Source: an uncultured Centipeda sp. (GTDB lineage: Bacteria; Bacillota; Negativicutes; Selenomonadales; Selenomonadaceae). From it: a stretch of 64,000 nucleotides of DNA. The notes below the pieces were generated by a model that made no database searches, was not told where the DNA came from, and saw only the letters and a list, made by a program, of their open reading frames with translations. A program made the translations under genes and the position numbers. Each line of letters opens with the position of its first letter. Position 1 is the first letter of the stretch. Below are positions 44,520-56,146 of this stretch, piece after piece. The DNA lies in NCBI GenBank assembly GCA_905372865.1, contig CAJPQT010000016.1, forward strand, positions 1,777 through 65,776, written 5' to 3'.

Positions 44520-46445
44520 ATGGGCAGTCTGAAGGTCATTGGTCTCGAAAAGGCGTATGGCATACGTACGCTTTTTTCACATGTGAACTTTGAGGTTATG
44601 CGCGGGGACAAGGTAGGGCTCGTCGGTGCAAACGGCACGGGCAAGACGACGCTGATGCGAATTCTCCTCGGCCGTGAGGAGAGCGACGGCGGTCAGGTTG
44701 TGATAGATCATGCCGATACAGTCGGCTATGTCGAGCAGCAGGCATCCTTCACCCATGATACGCTCTATGATGAACTGCGCAGTGCATTCTCGGATCTCAT
44801 CGCGCTGCGTGCGGAGAAGGAGCGTATGGAGTGCGCGATTGCAGCGGGGGATGTCGGTGCGGAGGAGCTTGCCGTGTATGGGAATCTCGTCATGCGGTTC
44901 GAGGCGATGGACGGCTACGACTTTGAGAGCCGCATCCGCCGTGTGGCGTTCGGGCTTGGCTTCTCCGAGGAGGAACTCCAAAAGGATGTCCGTCATTTCT
45001 CGGGCGGGCAGACGACACGGATCTGCCTCGCAAAGGCCCTGCTGCGCGAGCCGGACTTCCTCTTTTTGGATGAACCGACGAACCACCTTGATATCGGCAT
45101 GATCGAATGGCTCGAAAAGTTCCTGCAGTCCTATCGCGGCGGCGTGCTCCTGATCTCGCATGACCGCTATTTCCTTGACCGTGTGGCAACGCGCATTCTG
45201 GAGCTCGACCATGCGGAGGTCACGGCATACACGGGAAATTACACGCATTATATGCGTGTGAAGAATGATCGGCGTGCGGCACTGCAGAATGCGTATGAGA
45301 AGCAGCAGGCACAGATCAAGAAGACCGAGGAGTACATCAGCCGCTACAAGGCCGGCATCAAGGCAAAGCAGGCACGCGGACGGCAGAGTCAGCTGAACCG
45401 CCTTGAGCGGATTGTGCTGCCGCCCGAGGCGGCACGCTTCAAATACTTTGCATTTGCGAAACCGACGGAGTGTGCACTGCGTGTGGCGGAACTCGAGGAC
45501 ATCAGCTTTGCCTATCCGAGCGGGCCGCGTGTGCTCGACCACATCTCGCTCCTCATCCGCAAGGGAGACGGTGTGGCACTTATTGGTGAGAACGGGGCCG
45601 GCAAGACGACGCTCCTGCAGATTCTGGTCGGAGAGATCGAGGCGGCAGGGCGTGTGAAGATCGGAAGCCGTGTCAAGATCGGCTACTTTTCCCAGCAGCA
45701 TGAGGGGCTGGATCCCTCAAAGACCATATTGGATGAGATCTGCTGCACCTACGGTCTGGATGAGGAGACGGCACGCAACTACCTTGGGGCGTTCCTCTTT
45801 CACGGGGATGATGTGCTGCGTCTCATCGGTGCGCTCTCGGGCGGCGAACAAGCGCGCGTGGCGTTTCTGAAACTCATGCTGACGGGGGCGAACTTCCTCG
45901 TATTGGACGAGCCGACCAATCATCTGGACATCCCCGCACGCGAGGCGGTGGAGGAAGCGCTGATGGCATTCCCGGGCACATTCATCGCCGTATCGCATGA
46001 CCGCTACTTCCTCGACAAGACGGCAAACTGCACGCTTGAACTCAAGGACGGCAGGATCACGGAGTATCTTGGGAACTACGGCTACTATCTCATGAAGAAG
46101 GAAGCCGAGGCGGAGGAGACGGCACAGGAAGAGCGTACGTCAGAGAAGAGCGTACGCCGCACACCGTCCGTACAGACAGAGCAGGGGCGTACGGAGAAGC
46201 CTGCTGTGCCGAAAACGGCAGTGCACAGTGCCATACCTGCTGCGCGGCGGCAGGAGATGATCGAGCGTACGGAGGCGGAGATCGCGATGGCAGAGGCAGA
46301 ACTAAAGGGGCTCGAATATGAGATGAACCGCCCGGAGACGCAGGCAGATCCCGTGCGCAGCCATGCCGTCGCCGAGGCATATGCGGCAAAGGAAATCGAG
46401 ATCATGCAGCGGTATGAGAAATGGGAACAGCTGACGGAGGCGTGA
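44520..46445 (+). CDS. ABC-F family ATPase (two NBDs, no TM domain, coiled-coil C-terminus)
   Basis: Duplicated Walker A motifs (GANGTGKTT and GENGAGKTT), signatures FSGGQTTR and LSGGEQAR. Confidence 0.9.
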   Translation: MGSLKVIGLEKAYGIRTLFSHVNFEVMRGDKVGLVGANGTGKTTLMRILLGREESDGGQVVIDHADTVGYVEQQASFTHDTLYDELRSAFSDLIALRAEKERMECAIAAGDVGAEELAVYGNLVMRFEAMDGYDFESRIRRVAFGLGFSEEELQKDVRHFSGGQTTRICLAKALLREPDFLFLDEPTNHLDIGMIEWLEKFLQSYRGGVLLISHDRYFLDRVATRILELDHAEVTAYTGNYTHYMRVKNDRRAALQNAYEKQQAQIKKTEEYISRYKAGIKAKQARGRQSQLNRLERIVLPPEAARFKYFAFAKPTECALRVAELEDISFAYPSGPRVLDHISLLIRKGDGVALIGENGAGKTTLLQILVGEIEAAGRVKIGSRVKIGYFSQQHEGLDPSKTILDEICCTYGLDEETARNYLGAFLFHGDDVLRLIGALSGGEQARVAFLKLMLTGANFLVLDEPTNHLDIPAREAVEEALMAFPGTFIAVSHDRYFLDKTANCTLELKDGRITEYLGNYGYYLMKKEAEAEETAQEERTSEKSVRRTPSVQTEQGRTEKPAVPKTAVHSAIPAARRQEMIERTEAEIAMAEAELKGLEYEMNRPETQADPVRSHAVAEAYAAKEIEIMQRYEKWEQLTEA

Positions 46446-46446
46446 C

Positions 46447-48615
46447 ATGGAACTCCAACAAAACCTTGGGTTTCACACGGCGGAAGAAGAGCTGACTGGC
46501 GTTGTCGATCATGTCATCTTCTCTGCAGGCGATGGTGCCTTCGCTGTCTTTCGTCTGCGCATGGAACATGCGGGGAAATGCACGGCAACAACGAAGGGAG
46601 CAGCTCCGTTGGTCGGGCAGGAGGTTCGTCTGACGGGGAACTGGGTCACGCACCCGCGTTTCGGTCGGCAGTTTCAGGCAGTGCGTATGCGCATCAGTGC
46701 CCCTACGAGCGCAGGCGGTATTGAGCGTTTTCTCGCATCGGGCACCATCGACGGCATCGGCCCTGCAATGGCGCGGCGCATTGTGGAGAAGTTCGGTGCA
46801 GAGGCGCTTCTCATCATCGAGCGTGCACCGAGCCGCCTCAAGGAAATTGCGGGCATCGGCCCGAAGACGGTGGAGAAGATCACCGCCTCCTATATGCGTC
46901 AGTCCGAGCTGCGCGACATCATGCTCTGGCTCGAGGAACATGGCGTAGCGGGAACCTATGCCGCACGCATCTTCAAGGCGTACGGCTCGCTCGCGGTCGA
47001 GGTGATGGAGAAATCTCCCTACCGTCTTGCGCAGGAGATTGACGGCATCGGATTTATCACGGCAGATACGATCGCCATTGCTGCAGGATGGGAGAAGAAC
47101 TCCTCTGCGCGTATTGCCGCAGGCCTCTCCTATGAACTCACGCAGATCTCCTCGGGCGGACATTGCTGCATTCCCGAGGGGATGCTCGCAGATCGGACAG
47201 CGCAGCGGCTCGGTGTCGCGCGGAGTGAGGTCATGGAGGTGCTCAGCCGCGAAGTGAAGATGAACCGCCTCTATGCAGCGGACGAGATGGGGGAGCGCCT
47301 GATCTATGCACCGCAGCTTTACAGGGCGGAGGAAGAGACAGCACGCCTCCTTCTCATGCTGCAGCGAAAGGCGGAGCACATCCATGTGCATGACACCGCA
47401 GCGCTTGTCACGGAGTGGGAGGAAAAGCGTCATGTCAGCCTCGCCGCAGCACAGCGTGAGGCAGTCATCGCCTCGCTGGAACACGGAGTTCTTGTTCTGA
47501 CGGGCGGCCCCGGGACAGGAAAGACCACCGTCGTACGCAGCATCATTGATATTCTCGGCGCACAGGGGCTTGAGATCCTGCTTGCCGCGCCGACAGGGCG
47601 TGCGGCAAAGCGCCTCGCGGAGGCAACGGACTGTCCTGCGGCGACCGTGCACCGCATGCTGGAAGCGCAGGGCAGAGAGGACGGTGAGATGCGCTTCGGG
47701 CGTGATGCGGAGACACAGCTTGAGGCAGATGTCATCATTGTGGATGAGGTATCCATGATGGATATTGTGCTCATGCAGCACCTCCTCACTGCCGTCCTCC
47801 CTGGGACGCATCTCATCCTTGTCGGCGATGTGGATCAGCTTCCGGCGGTCGGACCGGGCTCGGTGCTGAAGGACATTTTGCGTTCAAAAGTCATTCCGAG
47901 TGTTCGCCTGACCGAGATCTTCCGTCAGAACAATGCGGGGACGATCGTTCTGAATGCGCATGCAATCAATGCGGGACGCGTTCCGAGCTTTACCGAGGCG
48001 GATTTCTCCTTTACCGCCGCCGTATCAAGTGAGGATGCTGCCGCACAGATTGTCTCAATATGCACGCGGCTTCTCCGTGCGGGGACGGATCTCATGGATC
48101 TGCAGGTGCTCTCGCCCATGCGGCGCGAGGCGTGCGGTGTCGATCTGCTGAACCGCAGCCTGCAGATGGCTCTGAATCCGCCCGCAGCGGACAAGGCAGA
48201 AGGGGGCGGCTTCCGCATCGGCGACAAGGTTATGCAGACGCGCAATGACTACACAAAGAATGTGTTCAACGGCGATATTGGCCGCATCCGTTGGATCGAT
48301 ACGGAGCATCTTGTTGTTGCCTTTGCAGAGGATATGGAGGTCTCTTATACGCGGGATGAGTTCGGTGCGCTGGCCCTCGCCTATGCGATGAGTGTGCACA
48401 AGAGCCAGGGCAGCGAGTACGATATCATCATTCTGCCGCTCGTGCGTGCACATCACATCATGCTGCAGCGTAACCTCCTCTATACGGCGGTGACACGCGC
48501 AAAGAAGGGGGTTATCATCGTTGGTGACCGTACCGCGCTGTTCACTGCCGTGAGCAATGACCGTACACGCCGCCGCTATACGTTGCTCGCGGAGCGGTTG
48601 GCAGAGAAAATCTAA
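46447..48615 (+). CDS. recD2: RecD2-type SF1B ATP-dependent DNA helicase
   Basis: HhH region GIGPKTVEKI, Walker A GGPGTGKTT, VDEVSMMD, and C-terminal SVHKSQGSE. Confidence 0.9.
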   Translation: MELQQNLGFHTAEEELTGVVDHVIFSAGDGAFAVFRLRMEHAGKCTATTKGAAPLVGQEVRLTGNWVTHPRFGRQFQAVRMRISAPTSAGGIERFLASGTIDGIGPAMARRIVEKFGAEALLIIERAPSRLKEIAGIGPKTVEKITASYMRQSELRDIMLWLEEHGVAGTYAARIFKAYGSLAVEVMEKSPYRLAQEIDGIGFITADTIAIAAGWEKNSSARIAAGLSYELTQISSGGHCCIPEGMLADRTAQRLGVARSEVMEVLSREVKMNRLYAADEMGERLIYAPQLYRAEEETARLLLMLQRKAEHIHVHDTAALVTEWEEKRHVSLAAAQREAVIASLEHGVLVLTGGPGTGKTTVVRSIIDILGAQGLEILLAAPTGRAAKRLAEATDCPAATVHRMLEAQGREDGEMRFGRDAETQLEADVIIVDEVSMMDIVLMQHLLTAVLPGTHLILVGDVDQLPAVGPGSVLKDILRSKVIPSVRLTEIFRQNNAGTIVLNAHAINAGRVPSFTEADFSFTAAVSSEDAAAQIVSICTRLLRAGTDLMDLQVLSPMRREACGVDLLNRSLQMALNPPAADKAEGGGFRIGDKVMQTRNDYTKNVFNGDIGRIRWIDTEHLVVAFAEDMEVSYTRDEFGALALAYAMSVHKSQGSEYDIIILPLVRAHHIMLQRNLLYTAVTRAKKGVIIVGDRTALFTAVSNDRTRRRYTLLAERLAEKI

Positions 48616-48637
48616 TCTTCTGTTGCTGTACAATCAG

Positions 48638-48666
48638 TTGATTTTTGTGGCTGAAAACAGTATAAT
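48638..48666 (+). promoter_or_regulatory. pyr operon promoter
   Basis: TTGATT, a 17-nt spacer, then TATAAT. Confidence 0.6.
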
Positions 48667-48710
48667 GAGGAGAAATAAAAGAAGCATGGTATCTATGCTT
48701 CCTACATATC

Positions 48711-48836
48711 ACCTTTTAAGAGGTCCTGTGAGGCCTTAAGGGAGTTTTCAATGAAATACGCTGTACCATCCGTCTATCCAATTTTAGAATGCAAAGCTTT
48801 CTTATGCCTTTCTTTTGGCATTGGAAAGCTTTTTTG
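48711..48836 (+). promoter_or_regulatory. PyrR-type transcription attenuator (binding loop plus terminator)
   Basis: AGGUCCUGUGAGGCCU inside a UUUAAG/CUUAAGG stem resembles the PyrR box (UCCAGAGAGG). The downstream hairpin 48793-48832 is followed by a T-run just before pyrB. Confidence 0.55.
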
Positions 48837-48860
48837 TTAGTGCGAGGAAAGGGGATGCAC

Positions 48861-49799
48861 ATGAGCCAGGAGTTATCACTCAAGGGACGCGATGTTCTTG
48901 CGCTTGAGGATTTTTCAGCGGAGGAGATTCGTCTCGTTCTGAATACGGCGCGTGAGATGAAGAACATTATCGGCCGTGACATCAAGAAGGTGCCCGCCCT
49001 CAGGGGAAAGGCGATCGTAACGCTGTTCTACGAGCCGAGCACGCGCACGCGCACGTCGTTTGAGCTCGCGGGGAAGTATCTCGGTGCAGATGTTGTGAAC
49101 ATCACGGCAAGTGCATCCAGTGTTGTAAAGGGGGAGAGCCTGCGCGATACCCTCTATACAATCGAGGCGATGGGGACGGACGCGATCGTCATGCGCCACA
49201 AGGCAGAGGGGGCTGCCGCGTACGCTGCCGATGCCGTTGCCCCCGTTATCATCAATGCAGGTGACGGCGCACATGCACATCCCTCGCAGGGGCTGCTCAA
49301 CCTCTATACAATCGAGGAGAACAAGGGGAAGCTCGCGGGTCTGAAGGTCGCCATCCTCGGGGATGTATTGCACAGCCGCGTTGCGCGCTCGGATATCCAG
49401 GGGATGCGAAAGATGGGGATGGATGTGCACATTGCAGGCCCACGCCCCCTCCTGCCGCGTTTTCTCCACGAGGAGGAGGGCATCACCATCCATGACCGCA
49501 TTGAGGATGCGGTCGAGGGCGCAGATGTCATCGAGGTGTTGCGCATCCAGCTTGAGCGGATGAAGGGAGGGCTGTTCCCGTCAACGCGCGAATATGCCCG
49601 TATCTACGGGCTGAATGAGGAGCGTCTGGCACTGGCAAATGATGCGCTCGTCCTTCATCCGGGCCCCATGAACAAGGGGTGGGAAATCTCGGAGTCCGTC
49701 GCGTACGGCGTGCAGTCGCGGATTCAGGAGGAAGTAAAAAACGGGGTTGCCATCCGCATGGCACTCTTCACCTTGGTACTGATGGGAGGGAAAGCCTGA
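48861..49799 (+). CDS. pyrB: Aspartate carbamoyltransferase catalytic subunit
   Basis: FYEPSTRTRTSFE and HPSQGLLN motifs. Confidence 0.95.
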   Translation: MSQELSLKGRDVLALEDFSAEEIRLVLNTAREMKNIIGRDIKKVPALRGKAIVTLFYEPSTRTRTSFELAGKYLGADVVNITASASSVVKGESLRDTLYTIEAMGTDAIVMRHKAEGAAAYAADAVAPVIINAGDGAHAHPSQGLLNLYTIEENKGKLAGLKVAILGDVLHSRVARSDIQGMRKMGMDVHIAGPRPLLPRFLHEEEGITIHDRIEDAVEGADVIEVLRIQLERMKGGLFPSTREYARIYGLNEERLALANDALVLHPGPMNKGWEISESVAYGVQSRIQEEVKNGVAIRMALFTLVLMGGKA

Positions 49800-51091
49800 T
49801 GAGTGCATTGCTCCTCAAGGGCGGTCGGGTGATCGACCCCGCCGCACAGCGAGATGAAATCTGTGATATCCTCATCGAGGACGGCGTGATCCGCCAAGTC
49901 GGAAAAGATCTTCGTGCGGACGGTACCGAGATCTATGACGCGAAAGATAAGATCGTCACCCCCGGTTTCATCGATATGCACACGCATTTCCGTGAGCCGG
50001 GACAGGAGGCGAAGGAGGACTTTGCCTCTGGTTCACGTGCAGGTGCGGCGGGCGGCTATACCACGGTCGCAACGATGCCGAACACGCGTCCCGTGGTGGA
50101 TGATGCGGCGCTTGTCACGAGCCTCATCAAGCGTGCGGAGGATGTCGCCGTCATCCACATCCGCATCATCGGTGCTGTGACGAAGAATCAGGAGGGGAAG
50201 GAGCTCGCCGAGCTCGGCGACATGGTCGAGGCGGGGGCAGTTGCGTTCTCGGACGACGGTCACTTCGACCCCTCGGCAAAGGTTCTGCTCAGTGCCTATG
50301 ATTACCTCGTTCCCTTTGACAAGGCGATCATCAATCACGAGGAGGATACCTCCCTCGTCGAGGACGGCGCTATGAACGAGGGACATCGCAGTGCGATGCT
50401 CGGCATCAAGGGGCGCCCGATTGTGGCGGAGGACATTGCCGTCGCGCGTGATGTCATGCTTGCGGAGTATGCGGGTGCGCATGTGCACGTCGCACACATC
50501 AGCTCAGGGCGTGCCGTACAGCTCGTTCGCGAGGCAAAGGCGCGTGGTGTACGCGCGACAACGGAGGTCACACCGCATCATCTGACACTGACGGACGAAT
50601 GTGTCGACCCGCGCGACAGCTCGACAAAGGTGAACCCGCCGCTACGCACGGCAAGGGATGTCGACGCGATGGTTGCGGGTCTGCTCGACGGAACGATTGA
50701 CATGATCGTCACCGACCACTCGCCGCATGCGCCCGAGGAGAAGGATCGGGAGTACATCTATGCGCCGAGCGGCTTCCCGGGGCTTGAGACGGCACTCGGC
50801 GTGTTGCTGACCGACCTCGTTCATACAGGTAAAGTCCCCCTTGCGACACTGATTGAGCGCATGACTTACGGACCCGCGCGCGTGTTCAAGCTGAACGCAG
50901 GTACGCTTGGGGAGGGCGCACCCGCCGATGTTACGGTGATCGATCCCGAACTGCAATGGACGGTCGATGTGAACAAGTTCTATACGCGAGGCAGACACTC
51001 CCCGTTCAACGGACGACAACTCAAGGGGAAAGCGGTACTCACGGTTGTTGATGGAAAAATTGTTATGAAGGATGGGGTCATAATCGTATGA
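49799..51091 (+). CDS. pyrC: Dihydroorotase
   Basis: DMHTHFREPG and VTDHSPH motifs. The start overlaps the pyrB stop (TGATG). Confidence 0.9.
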   Translation: MSALLLKGGRVIDPAAQRDEICDILIEDGVIRQVGKDLRADGTEIYDAKDKIVTPGFIDMHTHFREPGQEAKEDFASGSRAGAAGGYTTVATMPNTRPVVDDAALVTSLIKRAEDVAVIHIRIIGAVTKNQEGKELAELGDMVEAGAVAFSDDGHFDPSAKVLLSAYDYLVPFDKAIINHEEDTSLVEDGAMNEGHRSAMLGIKGRPIVAEDIAVARDVMLAEYAGAHVHVAHISSGRAVQLVREAKARGVRATTEVTPHHLTLTDECVDPRDSSTKVNPPLRTARDVDAMVAGLLDGTIDMIVTDHSPHAPEEKDREYIYAPSGFPGLETALGVLLTDLVHTGKVPLATLIERMTYGPARVFKLNAGTLGEGAPADVTVIDPELQWTVDVNKFYTRGRHSPFNGRQLKGKAVLTVVDGKIVMKDGVIIV

Positions 51092-52161
51092 AAGGGAAAC
51101 TGATATTGGAGGACGGTTCGGTCTACACGGGCGAGCTGCTTCACGGTGCCACAAGAGCTGTGGGTGAGGTCGTATTTACCACGACGATGACGGGATATCA
51201 GGAATGCCTGACCGATCCTTCGTTCTGCGGGCAGATTCTGACGATGACGTATCCGCTAATCGGAAACTATGGTGCGGCGGCACAGTTCATGCAGTCACGC
51301 AAGTCCTTCGTGCGTGGATTTGTGATCGGTGAGCTCTGCGATGCACCGAACAACTGGCAGTCCGAAGAGAGCTTGACGGACTTTTTGACAGAAAATAATA
51401 TCCCATGCCTTTATGATGTAGATACAAGAGCTGTTACTCGTCATATCCGCTCTGCGGGTGCGATGAAGGGCGTGATCGTTCCCGCAGATCTGGGGGAGAG
51501 CGAGATCACAGCGTTGCAGGAGGAGGAACTTCCGCACAACGTCGTGGAGATTGTCACGACACCCGAGGTCTATACGCTTGAGACGGAGATGCCCGATGCA
51601 CCGCATATTGTGGCAATGGATTTCGGTGTGAAGCGCAGTATTCTGCACAACATCAATCGAATTGGGGCAAAAGTTACCGTTGTGCCCGCACAGACCAGTG
51701 CGGAAGAGGTGCTTGCTCTGAACCCCGACGGCGTGTTCCTCTCGAACGGTCCCGGTGACCCGACAGATGTGCCGGAAATCGTGGAGGAAGTCCGTAAGCT
51801 CGCGGGAAAGAAGCCGATCTTCGGCATCTGTCTCGGGCATCAGCTGCTCGCGCTTGCGTTTGGTGCTAAGACGTACAAGATGAAGTTTGGACATCGCGGC
51901 GGCAATCAGCCCGTCAAGAATCTGAGGATGGGCAAGGTGCACATCTCGGCACAGAACCACGGCTATGCCGTCGATCCCGCCTCTCTTTCGGGCACCCCTC
52001 TTGTTGTCACACATACAAATGTCAATGACGATACGATTGAGGGACTGCGTCATACATCTCTGCCCATTTTCTCCGTGCAGTATCATCCGGAGGCCGCGCC
52101 GGGACCGGACGACAATATGTATCTTTTTGATGAGTTCTGGGATCTGATGAAGGGAGCGTGA
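51088..52161 (+). CDS. carA: Carbamoyl-phosphate synthase small (glutaminase) subunit
   Basis: GICLGHQ catalytic Cys and the HPEA region. Confidence 0.95.
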   Translation: MKGKLILEDGSVYTGELLHGATRAVGEVVFTTTMTGYQECLTDPSFCGQILTMTYPLIGNYGAAAQFMQSRKSFVRGFVIGELCDAPNNWQSEESLTDFLTENNIPCLYDVDTRAVTRHIRSAGAMKGVIVPADLGESEITALQEEELPHNVVEIVTTPEVYTLETEMPDAPHIVAMDFGVKRSILHNINRIGAKVTVVPAQTSAEEVLALNPDGVFLSNGPGDPTDVPEIVEEVRKLAGKKPIFGICLGHQLLALAFGAKTYKMKFGHRGGNQPVKNLRMGKVHISAQNHGYAVDPASLSGTPLVVTHTNVNDDTIEGLRHTSLPIFSVQYHPEAAPGPDDNMYLFDEFWDLMKGA

Positions 52162-52164
52162 CGT

Positions 52165-55100
52165 ATGCCGCGTAAGGAAAATGTGAAAAAAGTCATGGTC
52201 ATCGGCTCCGGGCCCATCATCATCGGACAGGCGGCGGAGTTCGACTATGCAGGCTCGCAGGCGTGTCGTGCCCTGAAAGAGGAGGGGCTCGAGGTTGTGC
52301 TCGTCAACAGCAACCCTGCGACCATCATGACAGATGCGAATATCGCTGACCGCGTATACATCGAGCCGCTGACGGTGGATTTTCTCGAGGAGATCATTTC
52401 CAAGGAAAAACCGGATGGTCTCTTGGCAACGCTTGGCGGACAGGCGGGACTGAACCTTGCGGTGCAGCTTGCCGAGAAGGGGGTTCTGGCAGCACACAGT
52501 GTAGAGTTGCTCGGCACCTCGCTTGAGGCGATTGAAAAGGCAGAGGATCGTGAGCGCTTCAAAGAGACGATGGAGAAGCTTGGCGAGCCAATACCGGAGA
52601 GCACGATTGTCGAGGATGTTCATGCGGCTGTCGCATTTGCGAACTCAATTGGATATCCTGTCATTGTACGTCCTGCGTATACAATGGGCGGCACGGGCGG
52701 CGGTATTGCCGAGAACGAAGAAGAGCTCATTGCGACCGTTATCAAGGGGCTCAACTACTCGATGATCGGGCAGGTGCTCATCGAGCGCAGCGTTGCCGGA
52801 TGGAAGGAAATCGAGTTTGAAGTCATCCGTGACGGCAATGACAACTGCATCACCGTTTGCAGTATGGAGAATTTTGACCCTGTTGGTGTTCATACAGGAG
52901 ATAGTATCGTTGTTGCTCCTGCACAAACATTGACGGATTATGAGTATCAGATGCTGCGCAGTGCGAGCCTTCGCATCATTCGCGAACTCGGCATTGAGGG
53001 GGGCTGCAACGCCCAGTATGCGCTCGATACGAAGAGCAATAAGTACTATGTCATCGAGGTCAATCCGCGCGTCAGTCGTTCCTCGGCACTCGCGTCCAAG
53101 GCGACAGGATACCCGATCGCAAAGGTGTCCTCGAAGATTGCAATTGGCTACACACTCGATGAGATTGTAAACTCCGTCACAAAGAAGACGAAGGCATGCT
53201 TTGAGCCGACGATCGACTACTGCGTGGTGAAGTTCCCGCGTTGGCCGTTTGATAAGTTTATCTACGCTGATCATACACTCGGCACACAGATGAAGGCAAC
53301 GGGCGAGGTGATGTCCATTGATCGCAGCTTTGAGGGAGCAATCCTCAAGGCCGTACGTTCCCTTGAGATCGGTGTGAATCGCCTCTATCTTGACCGCTTT
53401 GCCGCTTGGGATGATGCGCGTGTGGAGAAGCAGCTTGCTCTCGTCAACGATGAGCGCATTTTTGTCATTGCCGAAGCACTGCGACGCGGAAAACTTTCGG
53501 TTGATGCGATTTCGGATATTACAAAGGTGGACAAGTGGTTCATCCATAAGCTCAAACATATTACGGATGTGGAGAATCAGCTTGCTGCGGCTCCGCTCAC
53601 TCCGAAGCTGCTTGCGGCGGCGAAGTGGGTCGGGCTTGCCGATGTCTCGATCGCCGAACTGACGAAGAAGACACGCGATGAGATCCGTACGATGCGCCGC
53701 ACGCATAACATCCTGCCGTGCTACAAGATGGTCGATACCTGTGCCGCCGAGTTCGAGGCAATGACCCCGTACTATTACTCCACGTTCCGTGGGTGTGAGG
53801 ATGAGGTCGCCGTCTCACATCGGAAGAAGGTGATCGTACTCGGCTCCGGTCCCATTCGCATCGGACAGGGCGTTGAGTTCGACTACTGCTCGGTCCACTC
53901 AGTCTGGGCGCTGCGCGAGATGGGCATTGAGGCCATCATCATCAACAATAACCCCGAGACGGTCAGCACGGACTTCGACATCTCCGACCGCCTCTATTTC
54001 GAGCCGCTGACGGTCGAGGATGTGCTGAACATCGCAGACAAGGAAAAGCCGGACGGTGTCATTGTTCAATTCGGCGGTCAGACTGCGATCAACCTTGCGG
54101 CAGAGCTCGAGCGCGCGGGGCTGCGTGTCTATGGTACCTCTGTCAACGATATCGACCGTTCCGAGGACCGTGAGCGCTTCGACGAGGTGCTGACACAGAC
54201 GGAGATCTCACGTCCCGAGGGGATCAGCGTGACCAACCTCGCGGATGCCGTGGCGGGGGCAGCACGCATCGGATATCCCGTCATGGTGCGCCCCTCCTAT
54301 GTGCTCGGCGGGCGTGCGATGGAGATCGTCTACAACGAGGAGGAACTGCGGGACTACATGAGCCGTGCGGTCAAGGTGACACCGGATCATCCGGTGCTCG
54401 TCGACCGCTATATGCAGGGAACTGAGGTTGAGGTCGATGCTATCTCCGACGGTGTGGATGTCGTCATTCCCGGCATTATGGAGCACATCGAGCGCGCCGG
54501 TGTTCATTCCGGTGACAGCATCGCGGTCTATCCGCCGCAGACGCTGCCCGCGCGCGTGATCTATACGATCATTGACTATACGAAGCGTCTTTCCGTCGCA
54601 CTCCATGTCAAGGGGCTGCTCAATATTCAGTTTGTTGTTGCGCGTGATGAGGTCTTTATCATCGAGGTCAATCCGCGCTCGAGCCGCACGGTGCCGTTCC
54701 TGTCCAAGATCACGAACATCAATATGGTTGGCATCGCGACACAGGTTGCAATGGGGGCGACGTTACGGGAACTCGGTTTCCATTCGGGGCTGATTCCACC
54801 GCGGCCCTACGTCGCAGTGAAGGCACCCGTATTCTCCTTTGCAAAGATGACGGATGTTGACATCTCCCTCGGCCCGGAGATGAAGTCGACGGGCGAGGTT
54901 ATGGGCGTGGACTATCACTATGCGCGTGCGCTCTATAAAGCAATTGTCGGCTCGGGACTGAACATCCCGACAAAGGGCTGCCTCCTCTTTACCGTTGCGA
55001 ATAAGGACAAGGAGGAGCTCAAGCAGCTTGCCAAGGCATTCTCCGAGTTCAACTTTGATATTGTGGCGACGGAGGGCACGGCGAAGGCGATCGCTTCCCT

Positions 55101-55392
55101 CGGAATTGACGTGGAGGTTGTGGGCAAGGTGCATGAGCGCAGCTCGGACATCATCGAGATGATTAAGAGTGGACGTATCAACATGGTCATCAACACGCTC
55201 ACGCAGGGGAAACACTCCGCACGCGACGGCTTTAAGATCCGCCGCGCGACTGTGGAGCACGGCATCGCCTGTCTCACTTCTCTGGATACGGCATGGGAGG
55301 TTCTGCGCGTGCTTGAGTTCATGCGAAACCGTCGCCTTGTCTATACACTCGCATTACAGGATTATGTCGGTGGAGGGGATGACCTTGCCTAA
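52165..55392 (+). CDS. carB: Carbamoyl-phosphate synthase large subunit
   Basis: 1075 aa with duplicated ATP-grasp halves and an MGS-like C-terminus. Confidence 0.95.
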   Translation: MPRKENVKKVMVIGSGPIIIGQAAEFDYAGSQACRALKEEGLEVVLVNSNPATIMTDANIADRVYIEPLTVDFLEEIISKEKPDGLLATLGGQAGLNLAVQLAEKGVLAAHSVELLGTSLEAIEKAEDRERFKETMEKLGEPIPESTIVEDVHAAVAFANSIGYPVIVRPAYTMGGTGGGIAENEEELIATVIKGLNYSMIGQVLIERSVAGWKEIEFEVIRDGNDNCITVCSMENFDPVGVHTGDSIVVAPAQTLTDYEYQMLRSASLRIIRELGIEGGCNAQYALDTKSNKYYVIEVNPRVSRSSALASKATGYPIAKVSSKIAIGYTLDEIVNSVTKKTKACFEPTIDYCVVKFPRWPFDKFIYADHTLGTQMKATGEVMSIDRSFEGAILKAVRSLEIGVNRLYLDRFAAWDDARVEKQLALVNDERIFVIAEALRRGKLSVDAISDITKVDKWFIHKLKHITDVENQLAAAPLTPKLLAAAKWVGLADVSIAELTKKTRDEIRTMRRTHNILPCYKMVDTCAAEFEAMTPYYYSTFRGCEDEVAVSHRKKVIVLGSGPIRIGQGVEFDYCSVHSVWALREMGIEAIIINNNPETVSTDFDISDRLYFEPLTVEDVLNIADKEKPDGVIVQFGGQTAINLAAELERAGLRVYGTSVNDIDRSEDRERFDEVLTQTEISRPEGISVTNLADAVAGAARIGYPVMVRPSYVLGGRAMEIVYNEEELRDYMSRAVKVTPDHPVLVDRYMQGTEVEVDAISDGVDVVIPGIMEHIERAGVHSGDSIAVYPPQTLPARVIYTIIDYTKRLSVALHVKGLLNIQFVVARDEVFIIEVNPRSSRTVPFLSKITNINMVGIATQVAMGATLRELGFHSGLIPPRPYVAVKAPVFSFAKMTDVDISLGPEMKSTGEVMGVDYHYARALYKAIVGSGLNIPTKGCLLFTVANKDKEELKQLAKAFSEFNFDIVATEGTAKAIASLGIDVEVVGKVHERSSDIIEMIKSGRINMVINTLTQGKHSARDGFKIRRATVEHGIACLTSLDTAWEVLRVLEFMRNRRLVYTLALQDYVGGGDDLA

Positions 55393-56146
55393 GGTAATCG
55401 AGGAGGCACGGATTCTTTCGCACGAAGCACCAATCGTAGGCGTTGATATACTGACGCTTTCCTCTCCGCAGATTGCACGCGCCGCTTTGCCGGGGCAGTT
55501 TGTACAGATCTCCGTGCCGGCCGATGCGGGCTTTCTGCGCCGTCCGCTCGGCATTGCGGAGGTCTCACATACAGACGGGTGGATTCGCCTCATCTATCGA
55601 CAGGTGGGGCGCGGTACCGAGGGTCTTGCCTCGGCAGGAACAGGGACGGCCGTCTCCGTTCTCGGCCCACTCGGACGTGGTTTTAACATTGCATTGAAAC
55701 ATCCTCTGCTTGTCGGGGGCGGCATGGGGCTCACGCCGCTCCTCTTCTTTGCGGCGGCGCACCCAAAGGTCTCAGTCCTAATGGGCGGGCGCACGCAGGA
55801 AGAACTTTTCTGGGAGGAGATCTACCGTCCCCATGTGCACGAGTGCTTTGTCACTACGGACGATGGTTCATACGGCACGCGGGGCTTTGTGACGACGCTT
55901 CTGCCGAGACTTCTTGCGGGGGGCAGTTATGACGGCGTTGCGGTCTGCGGTCCTCCCATCATGATGGAGCGCGTCGCAGCGATTGCAGCGGAATACGGGA
56001 TTCCCTGCGAGGTCTCGCTCGAAAAACGCATGGCATGCGGGCTTGGCGCGTGTCTCTCCTGCGCCGTGGACACGAAAAGTGGACGGCGGAAGGTCTGCAA
56101 GGACGGCCCTGTTTTTCCGGCGGGGGAGGTGTACTATGCCTCCTAA
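55379..56146 (+). CDS. pyrK: Dihydroorotate dehydrogenase electron-transfer subunit
   Basis: FAD/NAD-binding fold and a C-terminal CGLGACLSC...C [2Fe-2S] motif. The start may be ATG 55379 or TTG 55385. Confidence 0.85.
   Translation: MTLPKVIEEARILSHEAPIVGVDILTLSSPQIARAALPGQFVQISVPADAGFLRRPLGIAEVSHTDGWIRLIYRQVGRGTEGLASAGTGTAVSVLGPLGRGFNIALKHPLLVGGGMGLTPLLFFAAAHPKVSVLMGGRTQEELFWEEIYRPHVHECFVTTDDGSYGTRGFVTTLLPRLLAGGSYDGVAVCGPPIMMERVAAIAAEYGIPCEVSLEKRMACGLGACLSCAVDTKSGRRKVCKDGPVFPAGEVYYAS

Noticed and set aside
46402-47811. 469-aa ORF antisense to recD2. Similar long antisense ORFs occur at 26838-27917, 28563-29930, 51295-52623, 52645-53706, 58444-59652 and 60122-61771.
   Set aside because: Each is fully nested opposite a gene with unambiguous family motifs. 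The translations are low-complexity and Arg/Cys/His-rich, with no start context. They are a by-product of codon bias, not genes.
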